NCBI GenBank assembly: GCA_958295485.1
Contig: OY282354.1
Span: 2,403,417 to 2,467,416 of the forward strand
From: an uncultured Gammaproteobacteria bacterium
Lineage (GTDB): Bacteria > Pseudomonadota > Gammaproteobacteria > Eutrophobiales > Eutrophobiaceae
Reading direction: 5' to 3'
Length of the DNA: 64,000 nucleotides
The translations under genes were made by a program, and so were the position numbers. The notes below the pieces were generated by a model that was not told where the DNA came from, made no database searches, and worked only from the letters and a program-made list of their open reading frames with translations. The stretch's first letter is position 1. Each line of letters starts with the position of its first letter. Positions 1 to 8,189 of this stretch are shown one piece after another.

Positions 1-773
1 TTACCCGTCAGGCCTACATAGCTCAGCCCGCGATCCGCCGCTTTCATTTCACGGGGGTCCTCCTGAGATTTGTCCCGCAACTCGGAAATGTTCGGGCGTC
101 GGAATAAAGCATTATCATCAAACCCCATTTTTGCATCCACCGCCAACAGGTGGCCGTCTTTGGTCACAACCAGTGGGTTAATTTCCACCATAGTGGCATC
201 CAGGTCGCGAAAAGCCCGGTAACAGCCCAGAAGTGAAGTGATCGTCTGGCTGACCAAGGAGTCATCTATACCCAACTTGAAGGCGATTTCCCTGGCCTGA
301 AAGGGTTGCATACCCACCGCCGGCTCGACGATCACGCGAATTATCGATTCCGGTTTCTCCACGGCTATTTCTTCGATCTCCATACCCCCTTGCCCTGATG
401 CGACGATGGAAACCCTTTCCTTTTGCCGGTCTAAAACAAAACCGATGTAATATTCATTGTCAATTTCACTGGCGGACTCGACGTACAACCGGTGTATGAT
501 CTTGCCGGCGCTCCCCGTTTGGCTGGTAATCAATCGCTTGCCCAGCAATTCATCCGCGGCTTTCCAAACCTCCTCGTCATCCCGACAAAATTTGATGCCG
601 CCGGCCTTGCCCCGCGCGCCCGAATGAATTTGCGCCTTGACCACCCAGGAATCACCGCCGATTTCATGGGTGCGATATACCGCCTGCTCAGGACTGTACG
701 CCAATCCGCCCCGGGGTATCGGCACGCCAAAATCCGACAATATCTCTTTAGCTTGATACTCGTGAATATCCAC
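1..773 (-). CDS. mtkA: Malate thiokinase (malate-CoA ligase) beta subunit MtkA, C-terminus cut by window edge; GTG start at 773
   Basis: Manual translation of the minus strand from the GTG at 771-773 gives [22 protein letters not shown]...[19 protein letters not shown]...[19 protein letters not shown], an ATP-grasp SucC/MtkA-like N-terminus with no stops up to position 1. The gene runs off the window edge, so it is absent from the ORF track. Confidence 0.8.
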   Translation of the reverse strand, partial: MDIHEYQAKEILSDFGVPIPRGGLAYSPEQAVYRTHEIGGDSWVVKAQIHSGARGKAGGIKFCRDDEEVWKAADELLGKRLITSQTGSAGKIIHRLYVESASEIDNEYYIGFVLDRQKERVSIVASGQGGMEIEEIAVEKPESIIRVIVEPAVGMQPFQAREIAFKLGIDDSLVSQTITSLLGCYRAFRDLDATMVEINPLVVTKDGHLLAVDAKMGFDDNALFRRPNISELRDKSQEDPREMKAADRGLSYVGLTG

Positions 774-798
774 AATCTGTTACCTCATGTTCAATCTG

Positions 799-1773
799 TT
801 ACTTGTTGTCTGTACTCCGTCTCCCGCCTACTGTCTTCTGTCCCTCCGCCTGCTCCACGATATTTCTTGCCATGCGCTCCGAGGCGGCGTCAATCATCTT
901 GCCGTCCAGTTGCGCCGCGCCTTTCCCTTGTTTGGCGGCTTCTTCCAATGCTTCCAATACGCGCCGGGCGCGCGTCACTTCGGCTGCCGGCGGCGACATG
1001 ACGTCATTGGCCAATTGGACCTGGTTGGGATGGATCGCCCACTTGCCTTCATAACCCAAGGCCGCCACGCGTTTGGCCGCGGCGACGTAGCCATCGGGAT
1101 CATTAAAATCGCCATAGGGTCCATCTATGGCGCGCAGCCCGAATGCGCGACACGCCGTCACGATATTCACCAGGGCTGAATGCCATTGATCGCCCAAGGC
1201 GCCAGCGCACTGGTAATCGGGATTCAAGCCACCGATATTCACTGTACGGGCGCGCATGCTCGCGGCATAGTCCGCCACCCCGAAGTGCAATGCTTCCAGG
1301 CGTTTGGAGGACTGCGCAATCGACATGACATTGGCGCCGCCCAATGCAGTTTCTATTAAACATTCTATGCCGATTTTCTTCTTGAGACCCATCGCGGCTT
1401 CAATCTGGGTCAACAGACAATCCACCATATATACATCCGCGGCAGCGCCCACCTTGGGGATCAATACGGTATCCAGATTCGCCCCGGCCTGCTCGACAAT
1501 GTCCACGACGTCACGATACATATAATGGGTATCCAGGCCATTGATGCGGACCGACATGGTTTTTCCCTGCCAATCGATCTCGTTCAATGCTTTGATAATG
1601 TTCTTGCGGGCTTGTGGCTTATCTTCAGGTATAACCGCATCTTCGCAGTCCAGGAAGATAAAATCCGCCGCCGAGCCGGCTGCTTTTTCAAACATGCCGG
1701 GACTGGAGCCGGGCACGGCGAGCTCGCTACGCTGCAATCGAGCCGGCGCTTGCTCATATTGTGTAAAACTCAT
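799..1773 (-). CDS. mcl: Malyl-CoA lyase (HpcH/HpaI aldolase, CitE-like)
   Basis: 324 aa, MSFTQYEQAPARLQRSELAVPGS...KWAIHPNQV, near-collinear with known methylotroph Mcl. Confidence 0.9.
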   Translation of the reverse strand: MSFTQYEQAPARLQRSELAVPGSSPGMFEKAAGSAADFIFLDCEDAVIPEDKPQARKNIIKALNEIDWQGKTMSVRINGLDTHYMYRDVVDIVEQAGANLDTVLIPKVGAAADVYMVDCLLTQIEAAMGLKKKIGIECLIETALGGANVMSIAQSSKRLEALHFGVADYAASMRARTVNIGGLNPDYQCAGALGDQWHSALVNIVTACRAFGLRAIDGPYGDFNDPDGYVAAAKRVAALGYEGKWAIHPNQVQLANDVMSPPAAEVTRARRVLEALEEAAKQGKGAAQLDGKMIDAASERMARNIVEQAEGQKTVGGRRSTDNK

Positions 1774-1776
1774 GGT

Positions 1777-2970
1777 CTATGCGCCCCCAGCCTGTATCCG
1801 CGCCTGTCTTGTGTTGCGCAGGTATTCCTGCGCGGCGGCTATGCCACTACCCAATTCGATATCCATCCCAAGGTCTTTCATCGACATCTCGGCGCCGTTG
1901 AGCGGGGTCAACACCATCACTTCGTTCAAATCACCAAGATGACCGATGCGAAACGCCTGGCCGGCGATTTTTCCAAGACTTATGGACAGGGCGACGTTAT
2001 AGTATTTATAGCAATGACGCGCTACCTCATTGCCATCGACGCCATCCGGCGTCCGGATTGCGCTGACGGTGTCGGAATACCATTTTTCTTCTTTGGCAAT
2101 AAGGGACAAACCCCATGCTTCGACTGCCTTGCGCACCGCAGTCGCCATCCGGGTATGGCGCGCAAAGACATTATCGAGACCCTCCTCCAAAAGCATGTTG
2201 ACCGACTCCCGCAGTCCGCGCAGGTAAATCGTGTTCGGGGTATAAGGGAAATAACCATTGTCGTTCGCCGCGATCATGTCATCGAATGAAAAGAAAGTGC
2301 GAGGCAACTTTGCAGTTTCACGCATGGCCAGGGCTTTTTCGCTGATACCGACAATCGCGAGTCCCGTAGGCAACATAAAACCTTTCTGCGAACCACTGAC
2401 ACAAACATCTACACCCCATTCATCCATACGGAAATCCAGGCTGGCCAGGGAACTGACGGCATCGACAAAAAGTAAAGCGGGGTGTTCCGCATCATCCATT
2501 GCCTTGCGAATGGCGGCAATATCGCTTTTTACCCCCGTTGCCGTCTCGTTATGCGTCGCGAAGACAGCTTTGATTCGCTTACCAGTGTCAGCCTTTAAAA
2601 TTTCGGCGTAGCGGTCTATGGGGATACCCTCTCCCCACTCGATTTCCAATGCATTCACATCGAGGCCATGGCGCTGACACATCTCGACCCAGAGCCAACT
2701 GAATTGGCCGAAATGCGACATCAAAACCTTATCTCCGGGTGATAATATGTTGGTAATGCCTGCCTCCCAACCCCCCGTGCCGGAAGCCGGGAAAATGAAT
2801 ATCCGTCCCGTCTCCGTTTGAAAGATCTTTTTCAGGTCGTTAAACAACGGCAGGGTGAATTCCGGGAAATCCGCCGCGCGCATATCCTCTTGTTCTATTG
2901 CCATGGCGTTACGAATGCGTTGTGGCACAATCGTTGGGCCGGGTATGTGTAAAAAGTTTCGACCGGGCAT
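1777..2970 (-). CDS. sga: Serine-glyoxylate aminotransferase (class V aminotransferase)
   Basis: Internal start MPGRNFLHIPGPTIVPQ preceded by GGAGG; class-V fold motifs including SGSQKG. The upstream 51 codons of the ORF lack an RBS. Confidence 0.88.
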   Translation of the reverse strand: MPGRNFLHIPGPTIVPQRIRNAMAIEQEDMRAADFPEFTLPLFNDLKKIFQTETGRIFIFPASGTGGWEAGITNILSPGDKVLMSHFGQFSWLWVEMCQRHGLDVNALEIEWGEGIPIDRYAEILKADTGKRIKAVFATHNETATGVKSDIAAIRKAMDDAEHPALLFVDAVSSLASLDFRMDEWGVDVCVSGSQKGFMLPTGLAIVGISEKALAMRETAKLPRTFFSFDDMIAANDNGYFPYTPNTIYLRGLRESVNMLLEEGLDNVFARHTRMATAVRKAVEAWGLSLIAKEEKWYSDTVSAIRTPDGVDGNEVARHCYKYYNVALSISLGKIAGQAFRIGHLGDLNEVMVLTPLNGAEMSMKDLGMDIELGSGIAAAQEYLRNTRQARIQAGGA

Positions 2971-3235
2971 AGTCAGGCCTCCCCAGATTTTAATTAATTT
3001 ATTTAAAATAATAAAAGCGATAAGCAAATCGCTTTGCTTCGTATACATGGATTCCAGGGCATCACCCTCAAAAGACACGGACCTGCGGCTTCCCTCATCA
3101 GTCCGCAAAAGATAAAACTGCATTCTATGTTTTACTTTTTACCATACCCCCAAACCAATGTCAACAATTAATTTGACAGGCGCTCCCGCCGCTCGTCGAA
3201 AGCGGGTTCGGGGAGAGGCCCTGGAAGTATCGTTG

Positions 3236-4432
3236 TTAATTCAATGCGATGAGCAAGGCTGACCGGAGGTCGTTCTTGAGATCGGATATATCTTCATGGC
3301 CTGCTGAGAGGCGTACCAGGCCGGGTGAAATGCCGGCTTGTCGCTGTTCTTCATCGGTCAACCTGAAATGGGTGGTGGTGGCAGGATGGGTGATAGTGCT
3401 CTTGCTGTCCCCCAGGTTCGCGGTTATGGAGAACAACTCGGTATGGTCGATAAGCCGCCAGGCCGTTTTTTTTCCGCCGGCAACGACGAAGCTGACGATA
3501 CCACCGAAGTCTTTCTGCTGGCGTTTGGCCAACTCGTGTTGCGGGTGCCCGGCCAGCCCCGGATAATAGACTCTTTCTATGCCGCGTTGAGCGCGCAACC
3601 AACCTGCAAGCTCAGCCGCGTTCCGGCTATGGGCTTGCATCCTCAGGCTCAGTGTCTCGAGACCCTTCAAAAAGACCCAGGCATTAAACGGGCTCATTGA
3701 CGGACCTCCATTCTTGAGGATGCCGAATATGCCCTCCCCCAGCAATTCTTCGCTGCCCAACACGCCGCCGCCGATACAGCGTCCCTGACCATCCAGGTAT
3801 TTCGTAGCCGAATGTATAACAATGTCGGCGCCGAATTGAAAAGGTTGTTGCAATGCCGGCGTGCAAAAACAATTATCCACGACTAATAAACATCCCCGTT
3901 GATGGGCGATGTCAGCCAGGCGTTGAATATCTGCGATTTCCGTCAACGGATTGGAGGGCGTCTCCAAAAATAACAGGCGCGTTTTATTCGTGACCGCAGC
4001 ATCCCATGCCGCATAATCGTCTATGGGAACAAAGCTGGTTTCGATTCCGAACCTGCTCAAGACATTGTTGAACAAATTCACCGTCGTGCCGAATATACTG
4101 CGGGAGGAGACGACGTGGTCACCGGCTTTTAATAATCCCAGACAGGTACTCAATATCGCGCTCATCCCCGAAGATGTGGCAATGCATCTTTCGGTTCCTT
4201 CCATTGCCGCCAGCCGCTCTTCAAAGATGCGGACCGTGGGGTTGGTGAACCGTGAATAGATATTGCCGGGTTCTTCATCGGCAAACCGGGCGGCCGCCTG
4301 CGCGGCATCCTTGAATACAAAACTGGAAGTCAAAAACAATGGTTCACTGTTTTCACCCTGTTCGGTACGTTGTTGACCTGCGCGTACAGCCAGGGTATTC
4401 ACCCCGTATTTGCCAGGGTCGATTTTAGCCAT
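3236..4432 (-). CDS. metZ: O-succinylhomoserine sulfhydrylase / Cys-Met-metabolism PLP enzyme
   Basis: Start placed at MAKIDPGKYGVNTLAVRAGQ (M47 of the ORF). The region TSSFVF...GNIYSRFTNPT is typical of MetZ/MetB-family enzymes. Confidence 0.75.
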   Translation of the reverse strand: MAKIDPGKYGVNTLAVRAGQQRTEQGENSEPLFLTSSFVFKDAAQAAARFADEEPGNIYSRFTNPTVRIFEERLAAMEGTERCIATSSGMSAILSTCLGLLKAGDHVVSSRSIFGTTVNLFNNVLSRFGIETSFVPIDDYAAWDAAVTNKTRLLFLETPSNPLTEIADIQRLADIAHQRGCLLVVDNCFCTPALQQPFQFGADIVIHSATKYLDGQGRCIGGGVLGSEELLGEGIFGILKNGGPSMSPFNAWVFLKGLETLSLRMQAHSRNAAELAGWLRAQRGIERVYYPGLAGHPQHELAKRQQKDFGGIVSFVVAGGKKTAWRLIDHTELFSITANLGDSKSTITHPATTTHFRLTDEEQRQAGISPGLVRLSAGHEDISDLKNDLRSALLIALN

Positions 4433-4796
4433 GTCACCTCCCAAATCCGCGCCCTCCGCCAGCATCCGGCGAGAGACGCAGTGAACAGTTGGATCAGCAT
4501 GCTTCGGAAGAGTCCACCTGTTGAAGACACAAGGCTGAATGCGCGTTATATCCTTGTAACCTTGCCCCAAGGCATAACCCGGGGCATAAAAAAACCCGCA
4601 TTCAGCTTGGTCGCTAAAGCAGGTTGGCTCTCTTTAGCCGTATTTATAATGCGCCCGCAAGCTGAATATCAAATCGGCGCTTATGTTCGGGCAATAATAG
4701 TAAAGTCAGCGGGATGTGTCAATCATATTCCTGAAAAACCAGGCGCGCCCGCGGTTCGTCGAAAGTGGGTTTGGGGAAACTGCCGCCAAAAAACAA

Positions 4797-4826
4797 AACC
4801 GGGACCAGCCCGGTTTTGTAACAGCT
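4797..4826 (-). terminator. Rho-independent terminator downstream of the TonB-dependent receptor gene
   Basis: aaaaccgggaccagcccggtttt hairpin; on the minus strand it is followed by a T-run (gttttttgg). Confidence 0.6.
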
Positions 4827-4843
4827 AACTGATATTTACAGCT

Positions 4844-7339
4844 TCAGAAGTAATTATATCGTATCCGGGCGCCGTACATGCGAGGATAACCTAAGGACTG
4901 CTCATCGCAGCCGCAGACTGCGGCCAGCTCAAAGCCGACGTTCAGGTTGCGGGTATCGGAGAAGTTATCTACAAACCCGGTAAGCTCCCAGCGTTCATCG
5001 GCGCTGACCCAGGTCAGGCTGGCATTGCCTCGCCAATAGCTGTCCATTTTGTGGCTGACGAAATTATTGATATTGTGGAAAGCCGATGACGCATAGTTAC
5101 CATCCACTTGCAAGGTCAGGTTGCCGCCCACGAGGACATTCGGCCAGGTATAACGACCCAAAGCGTTGAATTGCAACTTAGGGGTGAACGACGGTTCAAC
5201 ATCGCGTAAAACACCTGGCGCGACAGCCAGGTCTTTTACCTTCGGGTCGATATAGGAGAGGCCGAACAGCATATCCAGGTAGTCCACGGGGTTGGTGATC
5301 AATTCAATCTCAAACCCCTTGTAGATAGCATCAGCGTTATATACGGCGCCGGAAGTGCCAATGAACTGGAAGACCTGATAATCGGAATAATCATAGTAAT
5401 AAGCCGAGGCATTAAGGCGAGCCTTGCCGTCCCATACGGTGGATTTGAAGCCCACCTCGTAGGCCAGTAATATCTCTTCATCATAACAGTACTCTTCCGG
5501 CGTCAAGAGTGTCAACAGCGGCGCGTTGCAACTGCCCGCTTTTACACCGCGATTGAAACTGGCGTACCATAATAAATCGTCACTCCAGGCATACTGCACG
5601 CCGGCCCTGCCCGACCAGAGAAAGTCAGACGTGCTTTCATCATGATCGGGGAAAAAAGAAACTAACGCCGTATCACCGCTCCTCAGGCTTTCCACCGTCG
5701 CGTCCCGGGCATTAACGAAGAGGTTACTGCGGAATTGATAATCCTTTTCTTCCTGGATGCCGCGCAAGCCCAGGGAAAGAGTCAACTGCTCGGTCAGGTC
5801 ATAATCCACCTGGCCGAAAATCGAATAGGAGTCCGTCTGCATCTCCGCATCCACCGAGCCATCCAGGTACCAGTCGCTCACGCCGGCGCCATTCGGCGGC
5901 GGACTGGCGCCAAAAACATTGATGCCGCCGATGGTATCCGACAGGTTCTGGGAGAATTCACCGTCGATGGTCAGGTAATAGGCGCCGACAATCCAGCGAT
6001 ACCGATCTGTTTCACCTTCCAGGCGCAACTCCTGGGTAAACCAGTCAATAGCTTGAATATCAGCTACTATAAATTGCGGGCCAGGGCCTGAATCCACGTC
6101 CAGGGACGTTCGCTTGTCCTGGTCCGAGAAATTGGACACGGCCACCAGCGTCGCAAAATCCAGGTCCCAACTCAGCTTGCCGGTCATACCGTAAACCTCG
6201 TAAGTATCATAGTCGTCAAGCGCATGATCAGTGGAAATCGTCAGGCCGTCGACGCCGTCGGGGTCCTTATAGCCAAAAAAGTCCGTATCCGGCGCCGGTC
6301 TCGTATCATCAAAATCCAGGTCAAGCGGCGAGCCTCCCGGCCGGCATCTCGTTGTGCCGACAAGCAGTTGTTCACAGGAATTGGGATTGGTCTGCGCGTT
6401 GGAAAACAACACGTTTACCACGCGGCCCTGGTCATCAATCTCGCTGATGGTCGCCACGTTCTGGTAAGGCCCGGAAGCAACCACCTTCTTGGCGTACTGG
6501 CCCTTGACCTCAATCTCCACATCGTCGCCAGGTTCAAACAACAGCTGACCCCGGACTGCGTACTGGTCATCGGTCCACAAGTCAGCCTGCCCGTCCCGGG
6601 AACCGTTCAGTGGGCCTCGGGACGAACCGTTAATGCCATATGCCCCGGGATTTTGCAAATAGTCCGGGGTGGGCGGCAGGTCGTCCGGGGTAAAGACATT
6701 TTTCAGGATAGCATCGTGGCGACGATAGAAACCGGAAATACGAGCTTTGACGCCCTCGCCCAAGGCCCCGCTGACGGCGCCTTCGAAACGCAGGCTGTCA
6801 TAACGTCCGTAGGACGTATCGGCATAAGCCTCGAACTCATCCGTCGGCTTCTTGGTGACGTAGTGCACCAAGCCACCGGTGGCGTTGCGGCCGAACAAGG
6901 TGCCCTGCGGGCCTTTCAGGATTTCTACCCGTTCCATATCAAATTGGGAGAACAACTGGGTCTGGCCGACGGCTTGGTAGGCTTCGTCGATATAGACCGC
7001 GTTAGGCGCTTCCGCCAAGCCAAAGAAATCGTTCTGGGTGGCGCCGCGGATGGTGAATTGCTGGGTATGGCCGGCATTGTTGCCGGATACGTGAACGCCG
7101 GGGGTAACGGCGGCAATGTTGGTGCTTTCAGTAATGCGCAAGGCATCCAGCTGCTCACCGGTAAACGCGGTGATCGCAATACCCACGTCCTGTATTGATT
7201 CCTCGCGTTTCTGCGCGGTGACGATGACTTCTTCAAGGGCGCTGCTTTGCGCCGATACCTGTGCGCTGAGACTGATCAGAAAAGCAATCAAGGAAAATTT
7301 CAGCGCCCGCGCTGAAGTGACAAATAGCCTTCGACTCAT
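4844..7339 (-). CDS. TonB-dependent outer-membrane receptor
   Basis: 831 aa; signal peptide MSRRLFVTSARALKFSLIAFLISLSAQVSA, plug-domain motifs, C-terminal aromatic ...RIRYNYF. Confidence 0.9.
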   Translation of the reverse strand: MSRRLFVTSARALKFSLIAFLISLSAQVSAQSSALEEVIVTAQKREESIQDVGIAITAFTGEQLDALRITESTNIAAVTPGVHVSGNNAGHTQQFTIRGATQNDFFGLAEAPNAVYIDEAYQAVGQTQLFSQFDMERVEILKGPQGTLFGRNATGGLVHYVTKKPTDEFEAYADTSYGRYDSLRFEGAVSGALGEGVKARISGFYRRHDAILKNVFTPDDLPPTPDYLQNPGAYGINGSSRGPLNGSRDGQADLWTDDQYAVRGQLLFEPGDDVEIEVKGQYAKKVVASGPYQNVATISEIDDQGRVVNVLFSNAQTNPNSCEQLLVGTTRCRPGGSPLDLDFDDTRPAPDTDFFGYKDPDGVDGLTISTDHALDDYDTYEVYGMTGKLSWDLDFATLVAVSNFSDQDKRTSLDVDSGPGPQFIVADIQAIDWFTQELRLEGETDRYRWIVGAYYLTIDGEFSQNLSDTIGGINVFGASPPPNGAGVSDWYLDGSVDAEMQTDSYSIFGQVDYDLTEQLTLSLGLRGIQEEKDYQFRSNLFVNARDATVESLRSGDTALVSFFPDHDESTSDFLWSGRAGVQYAWSDDLLWYASFNRGVKAGSCNAPLLTLLTPEEYCYDEEILLAYEVGFKSTVWDGKARLNASAYYYDYSDYQVFQFIGTSGAVYNADAIYKGFEIELITNPVDYLDMLFGLSYIDPKVKDLAVAPGVLRDVEPSFTPKLQFNALGRYTWPNVLVGGNLTLQVDGNYASSAFHNINNFVSHKMDSYWRGNASLTWVSADERWELTGFVDNFSDTRNLNVGFELAAVCGCDEQSLGYPRMYGARIRYNYF

Positions 7340-7666
7340 GATTTTATCCCCACCTGTGCGTTAAGAAAGAATTCCCGGATTTATTGTAACTTGTTTTTTT
7401 CCAACAGGCAGTTTAACGCGTAAATCTGATTGTTGTCAAGGGGGCCGGCAAATACCTCTACTTCGATTCATTACTTCACCCCCTTTGCCCGTCAAGAAGT
7501 TGAAAACCCGGCAGTTCCCGCTAACTGGCGGGAGCGCCTGTCGAAAATCGTAGTTTCCAGAGCGCTCTTCCATTAGTATATTAGAGTGCGCAAATCTTGA
7601 ACACATCTATACAAACCAATTGCAATCTTCCCGGCAGCGTTGCAATTACACAACATGAGATGAGCC

Positions 7667-8074
7667 ATGACAAACCAACATATACAACCCACTGAGCTCT
7701 GGCCTTCAACCCAATACGGTTTTTCCCAAGTCGTTGTCTCTACGGGCACGAAGATAATTCACTGCGCGGGGCAAACCGCCTGGGATAAAGACATGAACCT
7801 CGTGGGCGGCAACGATTTGGAAAAACAGATGGCGCAGGCTCTGGAGAACGTGAAAACAGCGCTGGCTGTCGCGGGCGCCTCCATGCAGGACGTGGCGCGA
7901 CTCGATATTTACCTGGTGGACTATAACGCCGACAAGCTACCCGCGGTGAGCGCCGCCCTCAGTCGGTTTTTTGCTCCCGACCACCTGCCTGCCAATACCT
8001 TGTTGGGGATACAGGCGCTTGCATTGCCGGAGTTTCTGGTTGAAATCACGGCAACGGCGGTGGTTGACGGGTAG
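7667..8074 (+). CDS. ridA: RidA/YjgF (reactive intermediate deaminase) family protein
   Basis: 135 aa with YjgF-like core (GQTAWDKD ... LPEFLVEI). Confidence 0.8.
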   Translation: MTNQHIQPTELWPSTQYGFSQVVVSTGTKIIHCAGQTAWDKDMNLVGGNDLEKQMAQALENVKTALAVAGASMQDVARLDIYLVDYNADKLPAVSAALSRFFAPDHLPANTLLGIQALALPEFLVEITATAVVDG

Positions 8075-8189
8075 CGCTATTGGCGGGAACTGTTGTTATT
8101 AATGACGTCAAGATTGTTTTCGTTTATACTTATCGCCATCTTGTAAGAAGCTTGCGGGCGCCGGCGGCGCCCATAAGGAGGGATGCCGG

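Noticed and set aside
492-1179. Plus-strand ORFs 492..1001 and 787..1179
   Set aside because: They overlap mtkA and mcl on the opposite strand, and the minus-strand translations are unambiguous enzyme homologs.
6224-7198. 324-aa antisense ORF inside the TonB-dependent receptor gene, and similar long ORFs such as 9087..9689, 10158..10787, 45194..46015 and 49573..49995
   Set aside because: All lie opposite to or out of frame within strongly supported genes, have Arg/Gly/His-biased low-complexity translations typical of GC-rich antisense frames, and have no RBS.
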